This document shows, one piece after another, positions 26,420 through 39,204 of a stretch of 64,000 nucleotides of DNA (positions within the stretch are counted from its first letter, which is position 1; each line of letters begins with the position of its first letter). A program made the translations under genes and the position numbers. The notes beneath the pieces were generated by a model. That model had not been told where the DNA came from. It saw only the letters and a list, made by a program, of their open reading frames with translations, and did not search any database. This DNA comes from Azolla caroliniana (lineage: Eukaryota; Plantae; Polypodiophyta). Location: positions 18,972,001 to 19,036,000 of the forward strand of contig JBHGNT010000011.1 in assembly GCA_043228905.1 (NCBI GenBank), written 5' to 3'.

Positions 26420-28800
26420 AGACTCAAAGAAATGAATTTTATTAGAACATAAAAAATAAGTTATTTTGGCTGTAACAACCCATATAAACAATGTTGTGAC
26501 ATCTTAGGTAACCAACATACATCACAAGTCTGAACATAGTCCTCAACCTAAGGCCATCAATGCTTTTGGAAAACCAACATTCTATGACTTGTTGGCTCAA
26601 AATGCCTAGCCATTGCCACATCCCACCCAAATTTACTAAACAGTTGATAAGGGCCATTTGTGTTATATAACATGTTTTGAAACAACATGATCTATGACAC
26701 AGTGGGTGCAAGAATCCATAAAAGTATTCAAATCAAGAATGCTTGAATGTGGGGGTGCTTTGAAGACATTAGCTACCACTAGTCCTAGATGATCAAGACA
26801 AAATGACTTTTGAATATAGTAAAAAAGTTAGATATACTAGACAAGGTGCCATATAGTAGTTGTAAGATAGATCATTTGCTTTTCCTTGTATCCCTAGACA
26901 ATACACGATTAAGAAATGTAAACATATCAAGTTTGCATCCAACAAGCTTGCCTCACTCAAGACTTGAGCATTTTGGAGATGTATGAGGTTTTTGTGATCA
27001 TCAAAGACAATGAATCGTTGGGGAAAACACTTCAAGAGGTGATATGATTGCTCAAAAGAATCTACAATAGCTAGAAGGTCTTTGTCATGAATCTTGTGTC
27101 GTGAGCATAACCATGATTTATTTATTTTAAAGGAAGATGCACCTTAGTATATTACTTGAAAAGTCTACATAGGAAAAACAGAAGGAGACATTTCATCTCA
27201 CTTCTTTTTGTAAGATACAAAAGCTAGTACATCTGATCAAACAGATGATGTCATATATGAACAAGTAGAACAATACTTACGATCCACTATCCAACATAAA
27301 AGAAGGTATGGCATAATTCCACATTGGACCATGATTTATTTGAAGGACATTCATGGATTTTACCACTAAAATATATTGTATCATACAAGTTTTTTGAGAT
27401 AATCGTGATTATACACACAATATTACAATATGTCATCACCTTACATAGGCTAATGCATGATCGAAGAGGACATGCTTGCACGAATACCAAGTGGCATATG
27501 GTTGAGAGGTGGCAAGTATGCATATGTCCAATGATGTTATAAAAGCATGTGTATTAGTCAATGATGAACCATTTTGATAGTGAATTCGAGAAGATCAAGA
27601 TTATAACTAAATAATTATGGTGAATATGTTGAGAAAATATGATGATATCATCTCAAATCATATTGTTGAAAAATTGTTGGCACATTCGTGAGCCTAGAAG
27701 GCATGATTGTGTACTTGAAATATCATTGTCTAGTGTAAAACATAGAGTTCCATTCACGTAAAAGAAAAATTCGAACAATGTTGTATGCACCTCAAAGATC
27801 TAGGCACTGCAAAAGACTTGAGATCAATGATGGTAGGGCATGTCTCTTTGAATGTTGTTTTTTTAAAACCAAGATAATCCTCAACCAAATGAAGAGGCTC
27901 ATATTTCTTTTAATAAAGATGGCTGCCCCAATAGGGGATTAGAATGCTAGATAAATGCACTCACCAAAATCTCATTTATATATTCTCGACGAACATAGAG
28001 CTTTAACTGGTAGAGATTCTAAGTTATCCCTATATTGTGGTTCTTTCAATGGATTTATCAGTGGATAATATGATGACTTTCACCTTACGTAGTTGTCACT
28101 CTTCATGTGATAGACTCCTCGACTTTTTTAACGATGAAAAGTGTTGCAAAAGAAAACATTTTAACTTGCAACATGTTTCTACACCTCAATTTGTGAATCA
28201 AATGTAAATGAATTTCTCATACTTTAATTGAACCATCACATCTAATACAGCAAGTACTCTGAAACAATTTGGAATTGGGCATTACTCCATTTAAATCCAT
28301 GCGCACATAACCCAATTCAATGGAGATCTTACTACTCTAGTAAAAGACATCCACAAGGCATCAATTACCGTCCAAACCATTTTTGCTATTGAACAAGAAA
28401 CAAATAAATGTTTGCTATTATCTACTTCTTCTTTGCCAACGACAAGGTCACAAAGATAATTCTGCAAATGGATGTGTTAGTTCAATTACCCAATGCCACC
28501 AAGAGATACTAGGCTTTTGGAATCCCCATACTTTTATATTTAACTATTTCCTCCAACCACTTATGTCTCCAATTGTCTTATATGATAAACATCATTCATT
28601 GAAATTTGGGCAAGCCTCCAATTCCAATCAAGATCTTGTGGTTCTTCATACAAATTTAGGATTTGCCTACACAATATTGAGAAACATTATAACTTGTCCC
28701 AAATGCAGATCTCGTTCTCCTAAATGCCATTAATAATTTTTGAGTGACCAATAGAACATCCTACACTTGAATAAACCCAAACAAACTATTCCATTAATGT
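26420..28800 (-). mobile_element. Old degenerate chromovirus-type gypsy pol, related to the element at 32142
   Basis: [16 protein letters not shown] (~27050-27095) and FIVFDDHKNLIHLQNAQVL...QGKANDLS (26793-27035) match the RNase H of the 32142 element. RT KC.F...VE-like trace near 27320. Confidence 0.6.
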
Positions 28801-29164
28801 GAAGATGAAGAAATTCCTTCAAATCCATCCCAATAACCTCCACCTATATAAAGAATTACAAGACACCCTCTTTGGAGAAGGATACCTCTATATATAAAAT
28901 ACAACACAACCTGTCAAGCTGTTACTAAATGTTTCCCTATCAATAACCTTTGACATTTCATTGTTTGTTTTTTGAATTCACAACATTCAACCTACTTGGC
29001 TCAACTTTCATGTTCCTAGTTTTATGCATGTCTTTCCAATAAAGAATACTACCATTTTGCCGAAGCTTGTACACCTTAAAACATAAATCTAAGTAAAGAA
29101 ACCTTTTGAGCCATCATATTGTCATACAAATTCAATATTTCCTCCCCCAAGTTGTTTAAGATAT

Positions 29165-31025
29165 TGTGAAATGCACATAAAAGGAATCTAAACCAGCTTC
29201 TTTAGCTTCTTACTTCTTGTTCAATTTATAGAAGGTACCAAGGTACCCATTCAATGGGTTGGCTTAGCTAAATGCGTGCTAAAAGGGTGGGTTGGCTTAG
29301 CTACATGCATGCTAAAATGGGTGTGCTAAAAGGGTGGCACAAAGGAGGTTTACGGCATGGGGAAAGGACGAGGGTCAGAATATGGGCTTGGGGTGGCATA
29401 GGGCTTGATGCAGGCAACACGGGCAGAGGTGAATCGGCCCTTGGAATCATGTCGGAGAAAGTATGTAGTAGATCTAATGGCACAAACAACGGTAAACAAG
29501 CCGATCCATCAGTGTGTGAGGGATTCATTGAGACTGTGTCATTGGACTGGGAAGTAAACAAGGACTTTGATTCCATCAGCATAAGTTGGGGTTATTTGAC
29601 CTCGTAGTGCCGCTTCTGGCGCTATTGTATGATTTGTAGGTTTCGGGAACTGGCTTGTTGAAGGAGGGGGAGCATCTGTTGGAGATAGAGCCCCCAAGTG
29701 GCACTATCCATGTTGGCAGTTCTCGAATGGGCATCAATGGACGATTTTGGTGGGAGGCGAGGGTTGTGCCCATAGAGTGCTCGAAAAAGGGTTGATTTGT
29801 GTTTATGCTTGTACCGATGTATTGTAGGTGTGGGTGATGAAAGGTGAGATTTGATCCTAGGTTTAGTGCCATGGATCGATGTAAGCGGCAATCTCCTGCT
29901 TGAGGGTATTGTTGAGGCGTTCACTGAAGCCATTTGTCTGAGGATAATACAGGGACGTAAACACCCGTTGGACACCTAGTTGAGCTGCAACGACGTTGAG
30001 GACATCCCTGGGGAACTGGCGGCCCTGATAAGATAATAGTTGGACGGGGCTAGTGACGGAAAACGAGATAACAATTGGTGGATGGAAATCAATCGCTCCT
30101 GTGGACTGAGGGCCACTTGGACTTGGCTAAGGTGGGGGACAGGGGGGCTATCGTGTAGGAGGGGGATCGAGGGAGCTTATGGGATGTCAAGAAGTTGGTG
30201 GGCAACGAATAAATTATAGTGTGATGCTTGAGGAACCAATCACAACGTAAGGTGAGGGGGAAAAGTTGGTAGGGCAAGACATAAAAGTGGTGCACGAGAA
30301 AGTGAGATTGTGGAATGGGTTGTCACTTGTTGGACTTCCGCAGTGATCGTACTGATTGGGCCTAAGGTGATAGTGCAACAGGCTTGCATGCGAGAGTGGT
30401 ATAGATGTTGGTGATCGCCAAAAAGAACTTGGATGGAGGGAGTGGTGGATGTCGGGAGACCTAACTGGTGAACTAAGGGGGCGCTAATGGAAGAGATACT
30501 ACTACCAGAGTCTAACAAGATGGTGTGGGTGGAGTGATTGATGGTGGCGAGAGCGGTGCATACCGGCAAAGTGGAAGAGGCGGATGCTTGGACGTGGGGG
30601 GTTGGCTCTTCCATCAACACATTAGAGGTCAGTTTCAAGAGCTGATTTGAAGCATCGTGTTGGAGAGGACTTGCAAGAGCTGCTCCATTTGGAAGTTGGG
30701 TGGCCGCTCATGAGGTTGCGGGAACTCAAGTTGCATAGGGGTATCGGCTTTGGAGGCGACGAGAGGGAGTTGGGACGCCATGATTGAGGTGTTAGCGGCC
30801 AAAATTTTACCCTGCATCTCCACCAATTATGTGAAATGCACATAAAAGGAATCCAAACCAACTTCTTTAGCTTCTTACTTCTTGTTCAATTTATAAAAGA
30901 TACAAAGGTACCCATTTGGGTTGGCTTAGCTAAATGCAAGCTAAAAAGGGTGTGCTAAAAGGATGGGTTGGCTTAGCTATGTGCATGCTAAAAAGGGTGG
31001 CACAAAGGAACACATGCACACCACA
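29165..31025 (-). mobile_element. Internally deleted 1.86-kb Ty3/gypsy LTR element with short LTRs and PR/IN remnants
   Basis: LTR copies at 30830-31025 (5') and 29165-~29346 (3', inner end diverged). TG...CA termini. 4-bp TSD ATAT at 29161-29164 and 31026-31029. Protease ILLDSGSS in ORF 30240-30638. Integrase core PVQLLSYQGRQF...LGVQRVFTSLYYPQTNGFSERLNNTLKQ at ~29890-30050. No RT/RNase H seen. Confidence 0.85.
30808..30825 (-). promoter_or_regulatory. Primer-binding site complementary to the tRNA-Ala 3' end
   Basis: TGGTGGAGATGCAGGGTA, 4 nt after the 5' LTR. 17/18 match to the complement of plant tRNA-Ala(AGC) ...TACCCCGCATCTCCACCA as recalled. Confidence 0.75.
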
Positions 31026-31700
31026 ATATGCATAAGCAACTTACTTGCATCCATCCATTAATATAAAAGCATGTAACGAATGTGAGGAAGGGCCAACTAG
31101 AATATCAATATCATGTGCTTTTTACATGCTCAATGTATACTACAATTTATAAAAACGAAGATGACATATTAAGAGGGGATGATGACGTGAGTGTCAAACT
31201 AAAAAGAACACCTAGAAGGTTGTACCGTATGGCTTATTCACACATCAAGGCTTTGTGCTTCACCTTTGACTCTTTTGAACTTTACTTTCCCCACATTGTC
31301 AATATGGTCCAATCCCTAGACATATCTCTCACATTCACAATATGCCCTCTCGATCACAATGTTAATTAGTAGAGTATTTGAACATCAAGAGTCACTACTC
31401 GACTCCACTTGTAATATATGAAAATGTTTAAATTTTGGTTTGATACATTAGTTTTGACTTCTAAAGACAATAGGAACACCTATCTTTTACAACTTCTTTG
31501 ACAAATAATGTGGTTTAACAATTCCTCCTAGAGTATTATGAAACCTCCAATTGACGTGATAGTTTTGAGTTCTAAACACAATAGGAACACCTATCTATTA
31601 CATGCACACACATTCTTGTTTTATTGTTTTATTCAATATACAATTGGATGTTGTTGTATAAGTATTTCAACTTCTTTGATAAATAATGTGGTTTAATAAT

Positions 31701-32105
31701 TAACAATCTGCAACAGTTTGATTTGAACCGAACCGAACTACAAAACCACGGCTTAATGGTTTAATGTTTAAATGGTTCGGTTTGATGGTTTTTAAGTAAT
31801 TTTTTAAACAACATTTTCATTTTTAAGTCTAATTCTCACATTTTAGGAAAAATCTTTAAATTTTTGAAAATTTAAAATTTGAAATAATGAAAAAAATTTT
31901 AATTTAAAATTTGAATTTTGAATTTTGACCAAGTTGAAAACCGAAACCGAACCACAAAACTACGGTTTTAGCGGTTTAAGGGTTTAACAGATTAGATTTT
32001 TATCTAACGGTTTTGTGGTTTGGTTTAGTTCAGGTTTCAAAATTTCTAAATGGTTCGGTTTGGACACTCTCGAACTGAACTGAACTAAACCATTGCCAAT
32101 TGTTA
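31701..32105. mobile_element. hAT-like MITE
   Basis: Imperfect ~19-bp TIRs (TAACAATCTGCAACAGTTT / AAACCATTGCCAATTGTTA). Subterminal AACCG/CGGTT repeats. 8-bp TSD TTAATAAT (31693-31700) / TTAACAAT (32106-32113). Empty-site copy at 31515-31522. Confidence 0.8.
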
Positions 32106-32281
32106 TTAACAATTCCTCCAATTGATGTGAGAACCTATCGTTGTCATGACATGGTATGGCTCCAAAAGGAATTAAACTCAAGACCTTATGCTACACGGGT
32201 TAAAGCCTTACCATTAGGTTATTCATTAAAATATATAAATATTATGTTCATTCTTATTTTATTATATGAAATTCAAGTATA

Positions 32282-32342
32282 TTCTAGATTACTCTAGAAC
32301 ATTCTAGAAACTTCAGGAGTACTCCTAACAATACTATAAATA
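32282..32342 (+). promoter_or_regulatory. LTR promoter: heat-shock element plus TATA box
   Basis: GAAcaTTCtaGAAacTTC at 32297-32314 gives four perfect alternating nGAAn units, with degenerate units from 32282. TATAAATA at 32335-32342. Confidence 0.7.
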
Positions 32343-32454
32343 GAAGCACATGGCACTATTTAGAACCAATTCGGTTCAACGCCAATCATTAAGCCTCTTA
32401 GCTATCCTTGTACTCTTTTCATATAATATACTCTCTGTTATCATAATTCTCTCT

Positions 32455-32521
<67 letters not shown>

Positions 32522-32738
32522 TTCTCTCTCTCGTGATTCTCTAATAGTCTCTCTCCCTTCTAGCTACATCTCGTAAGTCTAGTAATTCTGATGGTAGTCT
32601 CTTTCTCTCTTTTACTCTATCTTTAGTACTAATCCTCTCAATCTTTAGTACTACTCATGACAATTTGAATCGAATTTCCTTCTTATTCTCCTTTTCTCTA
32701 ATAGTAATTTTCTTATCTATCCTTCCTCTAGCATTAAA

Positions 32739-35700
32739 ATGGAAATTGCAAGCGCACAAGAATACCAATCTCTCTTTTCAAAGCTTCAATGCTTGAAGGA
32801 AAAGTTCGTAGTGTTGGAACAAGAAAAACAACGTTTGTTGGGGGATCTTCAACAAATCATGTTAGAAAAACAACAAACGCAACAACAACATGGGGAGTTG
32901 GCGTTACGAGTGGGGCTACTAGGCATGTTACTTAGTGGTACATCGTTAGCATGGTTCGCCCCTTTATTTGAAAAAGGATCTCCCTTGCGAAATAATTTCA
33001 AGGAGTTTATTAGCGAATTTAAAGCATGTTTTGGAGATACCGATAGTGTTAGGACAACAATCAATAAAATCCGAAGACTGCATCAAGGAGATCATCCGGC
33101 CTCAACTTATAATGCAGATTTCCATATGCTCGCAACTAATATCCCATGGGACGACCAAGCATTGATGGAGCAGATCGGTACTCCTGACTTTCCCCGAAGA
33201 ACCAAAGTTGTTCACGGAGGCGACAATCGACTTTCCAAATGACAGTTACAAATGCCAAGGACAAGATCGGAGACCACATACGTATCAGTCACAACACCTT
33301 TTCCAAAGGATTCATATAATGTGTCCCCGGAAAATATGCCAACACCAATGGAAATCGACACAACACGTCATCGTGGACCATTGTCAAAAGAGGAAAAACA
33401 ATGACGACAAGCAAATCGCCTATGTCTATATTGCGGTGGTCCAGGGCAAATTGAAGTAAATTGTCCCCATAGGCCAAGAATACAAGTAAATCAAGTAGTT
33501 GTTAGTACTAAACCCGAGTCTATTGCATTAGAAGTATCTAATAATCCTAGTAGCCTAACTTTATTAAACAAATTTGAAGTTCTTAGTCAACTAGAAGAAG
33601 AGTTAAACAACTAAGTCCAGCCAAAATAGGAGCCATTTGGTCGGACAACCCTGGATCTGTTCCACCCATTAGTGGTTTCATTCCTTCTAAGCAAATTAGC
33701 AAGGTGTTCTTAGCTCATGTAGAAGTTCGTACTAAAAGCAACCCTCCAATACATGTCTTAGTAATCTTAGATATCAGAGCCAATTTTTGCTTCATGGATA
33801 GGAATTATGCTCAAGTTCATCAAATATCCCTAAGAAAGCTTCCTTGCCCAACTTTTGTAGTAGTCATTGATGGTCACCCCATTGCTTCTGGAAATATCGT
33901 ACAAGAGTCAGAACCGATTCATGTTGTCCAAGATAATTTGGCATGTGCAATATCTTTTAATATAATTAGTAGCCCAAAGCATCCAATTGTCTTGGGGTTA
34001 CCATGGTTCGAATTACACAACCCCGAAATCGATTGGAGAACGAGAGAAATCAGGTATCACCAACCCCAAGCATCCACTCATAGAATTTCAACCATCTCAG
34101 TGCATCAACTACGTGAGGAAGGACAGGAATCAATGTTTTTATTTGCAGTATTAGTGAAACCTCCAAGTATCATTAAAGAGCAGTCAACAATTCAACTTCC
34201 AAAAAAGTATCACCAGTATGCTAACGTTTTTGATAAGGTAAAAGCTAGTGCTCTTCCTCAACGTCGATCGTATGATTGTCCCATGATTTACAACCAGGAA
34301 AAGAGGCTCTTTTCCTGTCACCAACCAAGCTTGAAGTTCTTTGAGCCTACATAAAGGAAAACTTGGCGAATGGGTCCAGTTGGCACACCTATTTTCTTTG
34401 TAAAGAAGAAAGATGGATCACTTCGTCTAGTCATGGATTACCGGGGCTTGAATAAAGTCACCATCAGAAATAGGTATGCACTTCCCCTAATCTCGGGTCT
34501 ATTAGAAAGAATTAATAGTGCAAAGTTTTTCACAAAGATCGACTTACGAGGAGCATATAACCTCGTATGTATCTGGCCGGGAGATGAGTGGAAGATGACT
34601 TTCCGCACCCTATACGGACATTTTGAGTATATGGTTATGCCATTCAGGCTCACCAATGCATCAGCAGTTTTCCAGCACATGGCAAATGACATTTTTCGAG
34701 ATCTTTTGGACATCTCTCTAATCATCTACTTGGATGATCTACTAATCTACTCCAAAACGCAGGAAGAGCATGATGCTCATGTATGATTAATACTAAAACG
34801 GCTATGAGAACATGGTCTTTATGCAAAACTTGAGAAGTGTAGTTTTGATTGTAAACAGGTGGAATTTCTAGGCCATGTCATTTCCATTGAAGGAATCTCT
34901 ATGGATCCAGCTAAGGTCCGAACGGTGTTAGAGTAGTAGAATCCACAATCGATGCGAAATGTGCAATGTTTTCTAGGATTTGCGAATTTCTATTGCAAGT
35001 TTATATAGGATTATTCCGAGCTTATCTTGCCCCTCACACAACTCACAAAGAAGGGGCAATCGTTTGTTTGGATTGCTGAAGCGGATTCTGCTTTTGTGGA
35101 TCTCAAGAAAGCATTTACATCAGCTCCTATTCTAGTTCATGTTGATACACAAAAACCAGTTATTAGTGAAGCAGACACATCGGATTTTGCACTGGGTAGC
35201 GTTTTCTCACAGCAAGGCGATGATGAGAAGCTACATCTCGTGGCTTTCCATTCACGCAATTTTGACACTACCGAAATTAACTATGAGGTACAAGGAATTA
35301 TTAGCTATAGTGGATTCTTTCGCACAATGGAGACATTTTCTAGAAGGATCTCCTCATCGAATCATTGTATTTAGTGATCATAAGAACCTCGCCTACTTCC
35401 AGACTGCTCGTGTATTAAATAGATGACAAGCTAGGTGGGTCCAGTTTCTCACCCACTTCAACTTCAAGATTACATTTCGTCTAAGCAAGCAACAAGGTAA
35501 GGCAGATGCATTATCACGACTTGTGTATCTAGCATCTCGTCCGAGTGATCCAACATTTGATAATCAAAAGCAAGTAATCCTAGGTTCGGCACGACTTCAA
35601 GCAACTTCAATTTTTGTCACTCCATTAGATTCCAACATTATTGATACAATACGTCAAGATTTGAAGACAAATGTCTTTGCTCAAGTCATCTTAGATCAGA

Positions 35701-37121
35701 TTGATCCCACTCGAGCATCTTGTTCGCAGTCACAACAATCAGGTACGGATTATCGACAATTCAAATGGCATGATGGGTTACTCTTCTTTAAAGATCGTGT
35801 GTATGTTCCCAATGGTTCTTCTCGCCTTCAAGTCGTACAAAATTGTCATGATACATATACGACTGGATATTTTGGTAGTACTAAAACCTTGGATTTAGTA
35901 GCACAATCATTTTGGTGTCCCCAAATGCGAAGATTTGTCGAAGACTATGTTCGGACATGTGATACATGCAGCAAAGCAAAGATGCCCCGACATCGTTTGT
36001 ATGGTTTATTGGCACCATTACTGATTCCAAGCAAGTCGTGGCTATCTATTTCTTTGGATTTTATCACAGATCTTCCGAATTCTAAGGGCTTCAATGCTAT
36101 CTTAACAGTGGTTGATCGATATACTAAGATGACACATTTTTTGCCTTGCGCTAAACAAATCACTAGTGAAGACACATCAAGTATCGTTATGGCATTGCGT
36201 GAAGTTTTTCGGCATCATGGTCTTCTTGACACCACCATTAGTGATCGCGGACTGCAATTCATATCTAAATTTTGGAAGCATCTCTTCACAATGGTAAAGG
36301 TCACCTATAACCTCTCCTCTGGCTACCATCCCCAAACGGATGGACAAGCAAAATGTACAAATCAAACGCTAGAACAATATAGATGATTGGGTAGATATAT
36401 TACATTTTGCCGAATTTGCATGTAATAATTCTATCAACTCCTCTACTAGGGTGACACCATTCTATGCGTATATAGGCTATCATCCTTGTTGGTGTTTATT
36501 TGAAACTCTTGAAGTACACACAAATCCTAGTGCACAGGATCATTTGGAGCGGCTATGTAAGATTCAGGCAGAATTGTCTAAACATCAACATGAAGCCCAA
36601 CAAACACAGAAGGACTATGTAGATCGTCATCGGCTTCCATCCTGTTTCGACATTGGAGATTGTGTATGGCTATTACAACGGCATAGAAAGACAACCCAAC
36701 CATGTGCCAAATTGGATTATCAAAGGCTAGGTCATTTTCGTAAATTAAAGGAAAAATTAATGATGTCACTTTTCGCCTTCATCTATCTTCACAAATACGG
36801 ATACATCCGGTATTTCATAGTCGCTTCTAAAACCATGTCAGACAAGTTCTATTCCAAATCGTACTACACCACCTCCACCTCCGATCAAACTTGAAGCTGG
36901 ACCTGAGTACGAAGTTTGCTTTCATCCTCGATTCCAAGATAGTTCGTAATAAGCTGTACTATTTGGTGGATTGGTTAGGATATAGTCCAAGCGATTGTAC
37001 TTGGGAACCAATAGAGAATGTGACAAATGCTCGAGGACTGCTTGAAGATTTCCATCAGCAATATCCAAATAAGTTAGGTCCTGAATACAAGACGACTCGT
37101 ACAACTCGTCGGGGGGGATAG
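32739..37121 (+). pseudogene. Chromovirus gag-pol with frameshifts and stops
   Basis: Gag AWFAPL...FGD, PMEID and zinc knuckle CLYCGGPGQ...C. Protease ILDIRANFCF...[26 protein letters not shown]...KIDLRGAY...YLDDLLIYS. RNase [16 protein letters not shown]. Integrase SLDFITDLP...SDRG...YHPQTDGQ. Chromodomain YLVDWLGYSPSDCTWEP. Confidence 0.93.
33602..33646 (+). promoter_or_regulatory. Putative -1 programmed ribosomal frameshift signal (G_TTA_AAC plus stem-loop)
   Basis: Heptamer 33602-33608 is in the gag frame just before the gag stop (33612-33614). The -1 frame is open from a stop at 33584-33586 into the protease. An 11-bp stem (33615-33625/33636-33646) starts after a 6-nt spacer. Confidence 0.7.
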
Positions 37122-39164
37122 TTTCATGATATGGTATGGCACCAAAAGGAATTGATTCCATAACCTTATACTACACAGGTTGAAGCCTTACCATTAGGTT
37201 ATTCATTATAGTACATAATTATTATGTTCACGCTTATTTTATTATAGGAAATTCATATATATTCTAGATTACTCTAGAACATTTGAGGAACTTCAAGAGT
37301 ACTATTGAAAATACTATAAATAGAGGCACATGGCACTATTCAAAACCAATTTGATTCAACGCCAGTCATTAAGCCTCTTAGCTATCCTGGTACTCTTTTC
37401 ATATAATACACTCTTTGTTATCATACTTCTCTCGTCCACTCTCTCTCTCTCTCTCTCATGATTCTCTGCCTTCTCGCCACATCTCGTACTAATTCTGATA
37501 GTACTCTCTCTCTTTTACTCTATCTCTAGTACTAATCCTCTCAGTCTTTAGTACTACTCTTGACAATCGAGAGTATATGTAACATGTTAGATTAGAAACA
37601 TTCAACACATACAACACATATATGTTTGTGTGCTTAGATTTACAAGTAATGATTTGAGCATGTTAAATGTTAATGGAGGCACTTGCAACTCTTCTTACTT
37701 CAAGGTGCAACCAAGATTGAACTAATGACCTATCGGATTGTAGCCGATTGCTCTACTACTGAGCTATACACCGGTCATGGAACTCCATCAAGAGTCTCTC
37801 TCATATATTCCATTAACCCTAATAAGCCTATAATAAAACCTCCTTCTTTTGTCCCCCATTTGCACAACTACAATGCAACGTTGGATATTGGACTAGATGT
37901 TTTGCTCTCATGAATATTGGACTAGATGTTTTGCAATAATTGAGTAGATTCATCAATCGTACAAAGTTTTCCTTGAACAAGTTTGTGAACCTATGTATCA
38001 TGCTTTAATTTTTAAATGTTCCACCTTTGACTATATTCAAATTTATTTTCCTCACATTGTCAATATGGTCCAATCTTGAGACATATCCCTCTCACATTCA
38101 CAATATGCTTTCTCGATTGCAAATTGCAATGTTCATTAGTAGAGTTATTGAAGATCAAGAGTCACTACCTGACTAAATTCAAAACCTTGTAATAGATAGC
38201 AGCACCTATCTATTACATGCACTCACATTGTTCTTTTATTTGTTTTATTCAATATACGATTGGATGTTGATTGTATTCGAACATCTTTGATAAATAATGT
38301 GGTCAGAACCTATCGAGAGTGTTTGTAGCATGTTCGATTAGAAACATTCAACAAATAAGGCTTATGTATCTTCGTGTGCTAAGATTTATAGGTAATGATT
38401 TGACCATTTTGGTGTTGATGGAGGCACTTGCTATGCTTCTTAATTTAGGGTGCAATTACCAAGATTGAACTAATGACTTATCAAACTATAGTTGATTGCT
38501 CTACCACTAAGCTATACACCCATCATGGAACTCTATCAAGGATCTCTCACATACATTCAATGAATCCCAATAAGCCTATAATAAAACCTTGTTTTTTTGT
38601 CCCCTATCTGCACAGGTACTTCCAAGCAACTTAACTTTCGTTGTCATGAATATGAGATAGATGTTATGACACAATTGAGTAGACTAATCAATTGTACAAA
38701 GTTTGCGTTGAACAAGTTTGTGAACCTATTTATCATGCTTTGATGCAGTGCTCCACCTTCGACTCTTTTCAACTTTACTTTCCTCACATTGTCAATATGG
38801 TTCAATCCCTAGACATATCCCTCTCACATTCCCAATACACTCTTTCGATCGCAAAGTTCATTAGTAGAATTATCGAACATCAAGAGGCACTGCTTTGACT
38901 CCACTTGTAATATGTGAAAATGTTTAAATTTTGGTTTGATATGTTATTATTTACTTTCAAAGACAATAGAACACTTATTTATTACATGCATGACCATTCT
39001 TGTTTTATTCAATAATGGGTCAATACTATTGGCCTCTCTTTGCCTCTCTCTATGTGGCTTGGTGGTTAAATACATTGTAATATCAAAAGTCACAAAATTG
39101 TGAAAATTGAAGCTTGATCGTCGCCTCATCTCATGGATCATAATCAGTTTTACATTGATGTTAG

Positions 39165-39204
<40 letters not shown>

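Larger units (their letters stand above)
32142..37565 (+). mobile_element. Full-length decayed Ty3/gypsy chromovirus (Tcn1/Tf1-sushi-like)
   Basis: LTRs 32142-32662 and 37122-37565. TSD ATCGT/ATCGA. PPT GGGGGGGATAG at 37111-37121. Domain order gag-PR-RT-RNase H-IN-chromodomain. Confidence 0.95.
31240..39010. repeat. Degenerate ~740-bp tandem repeat array interrupted by a MITE and a chromovirus
   Basis: Block CACCTTTGACT...CACATTGTCAATATGG...AGACATATC recurs at ~31261, ~38022 and ~38754. Sequence from 37566 aligns with sequence from 38312. Confidence 0.75.
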
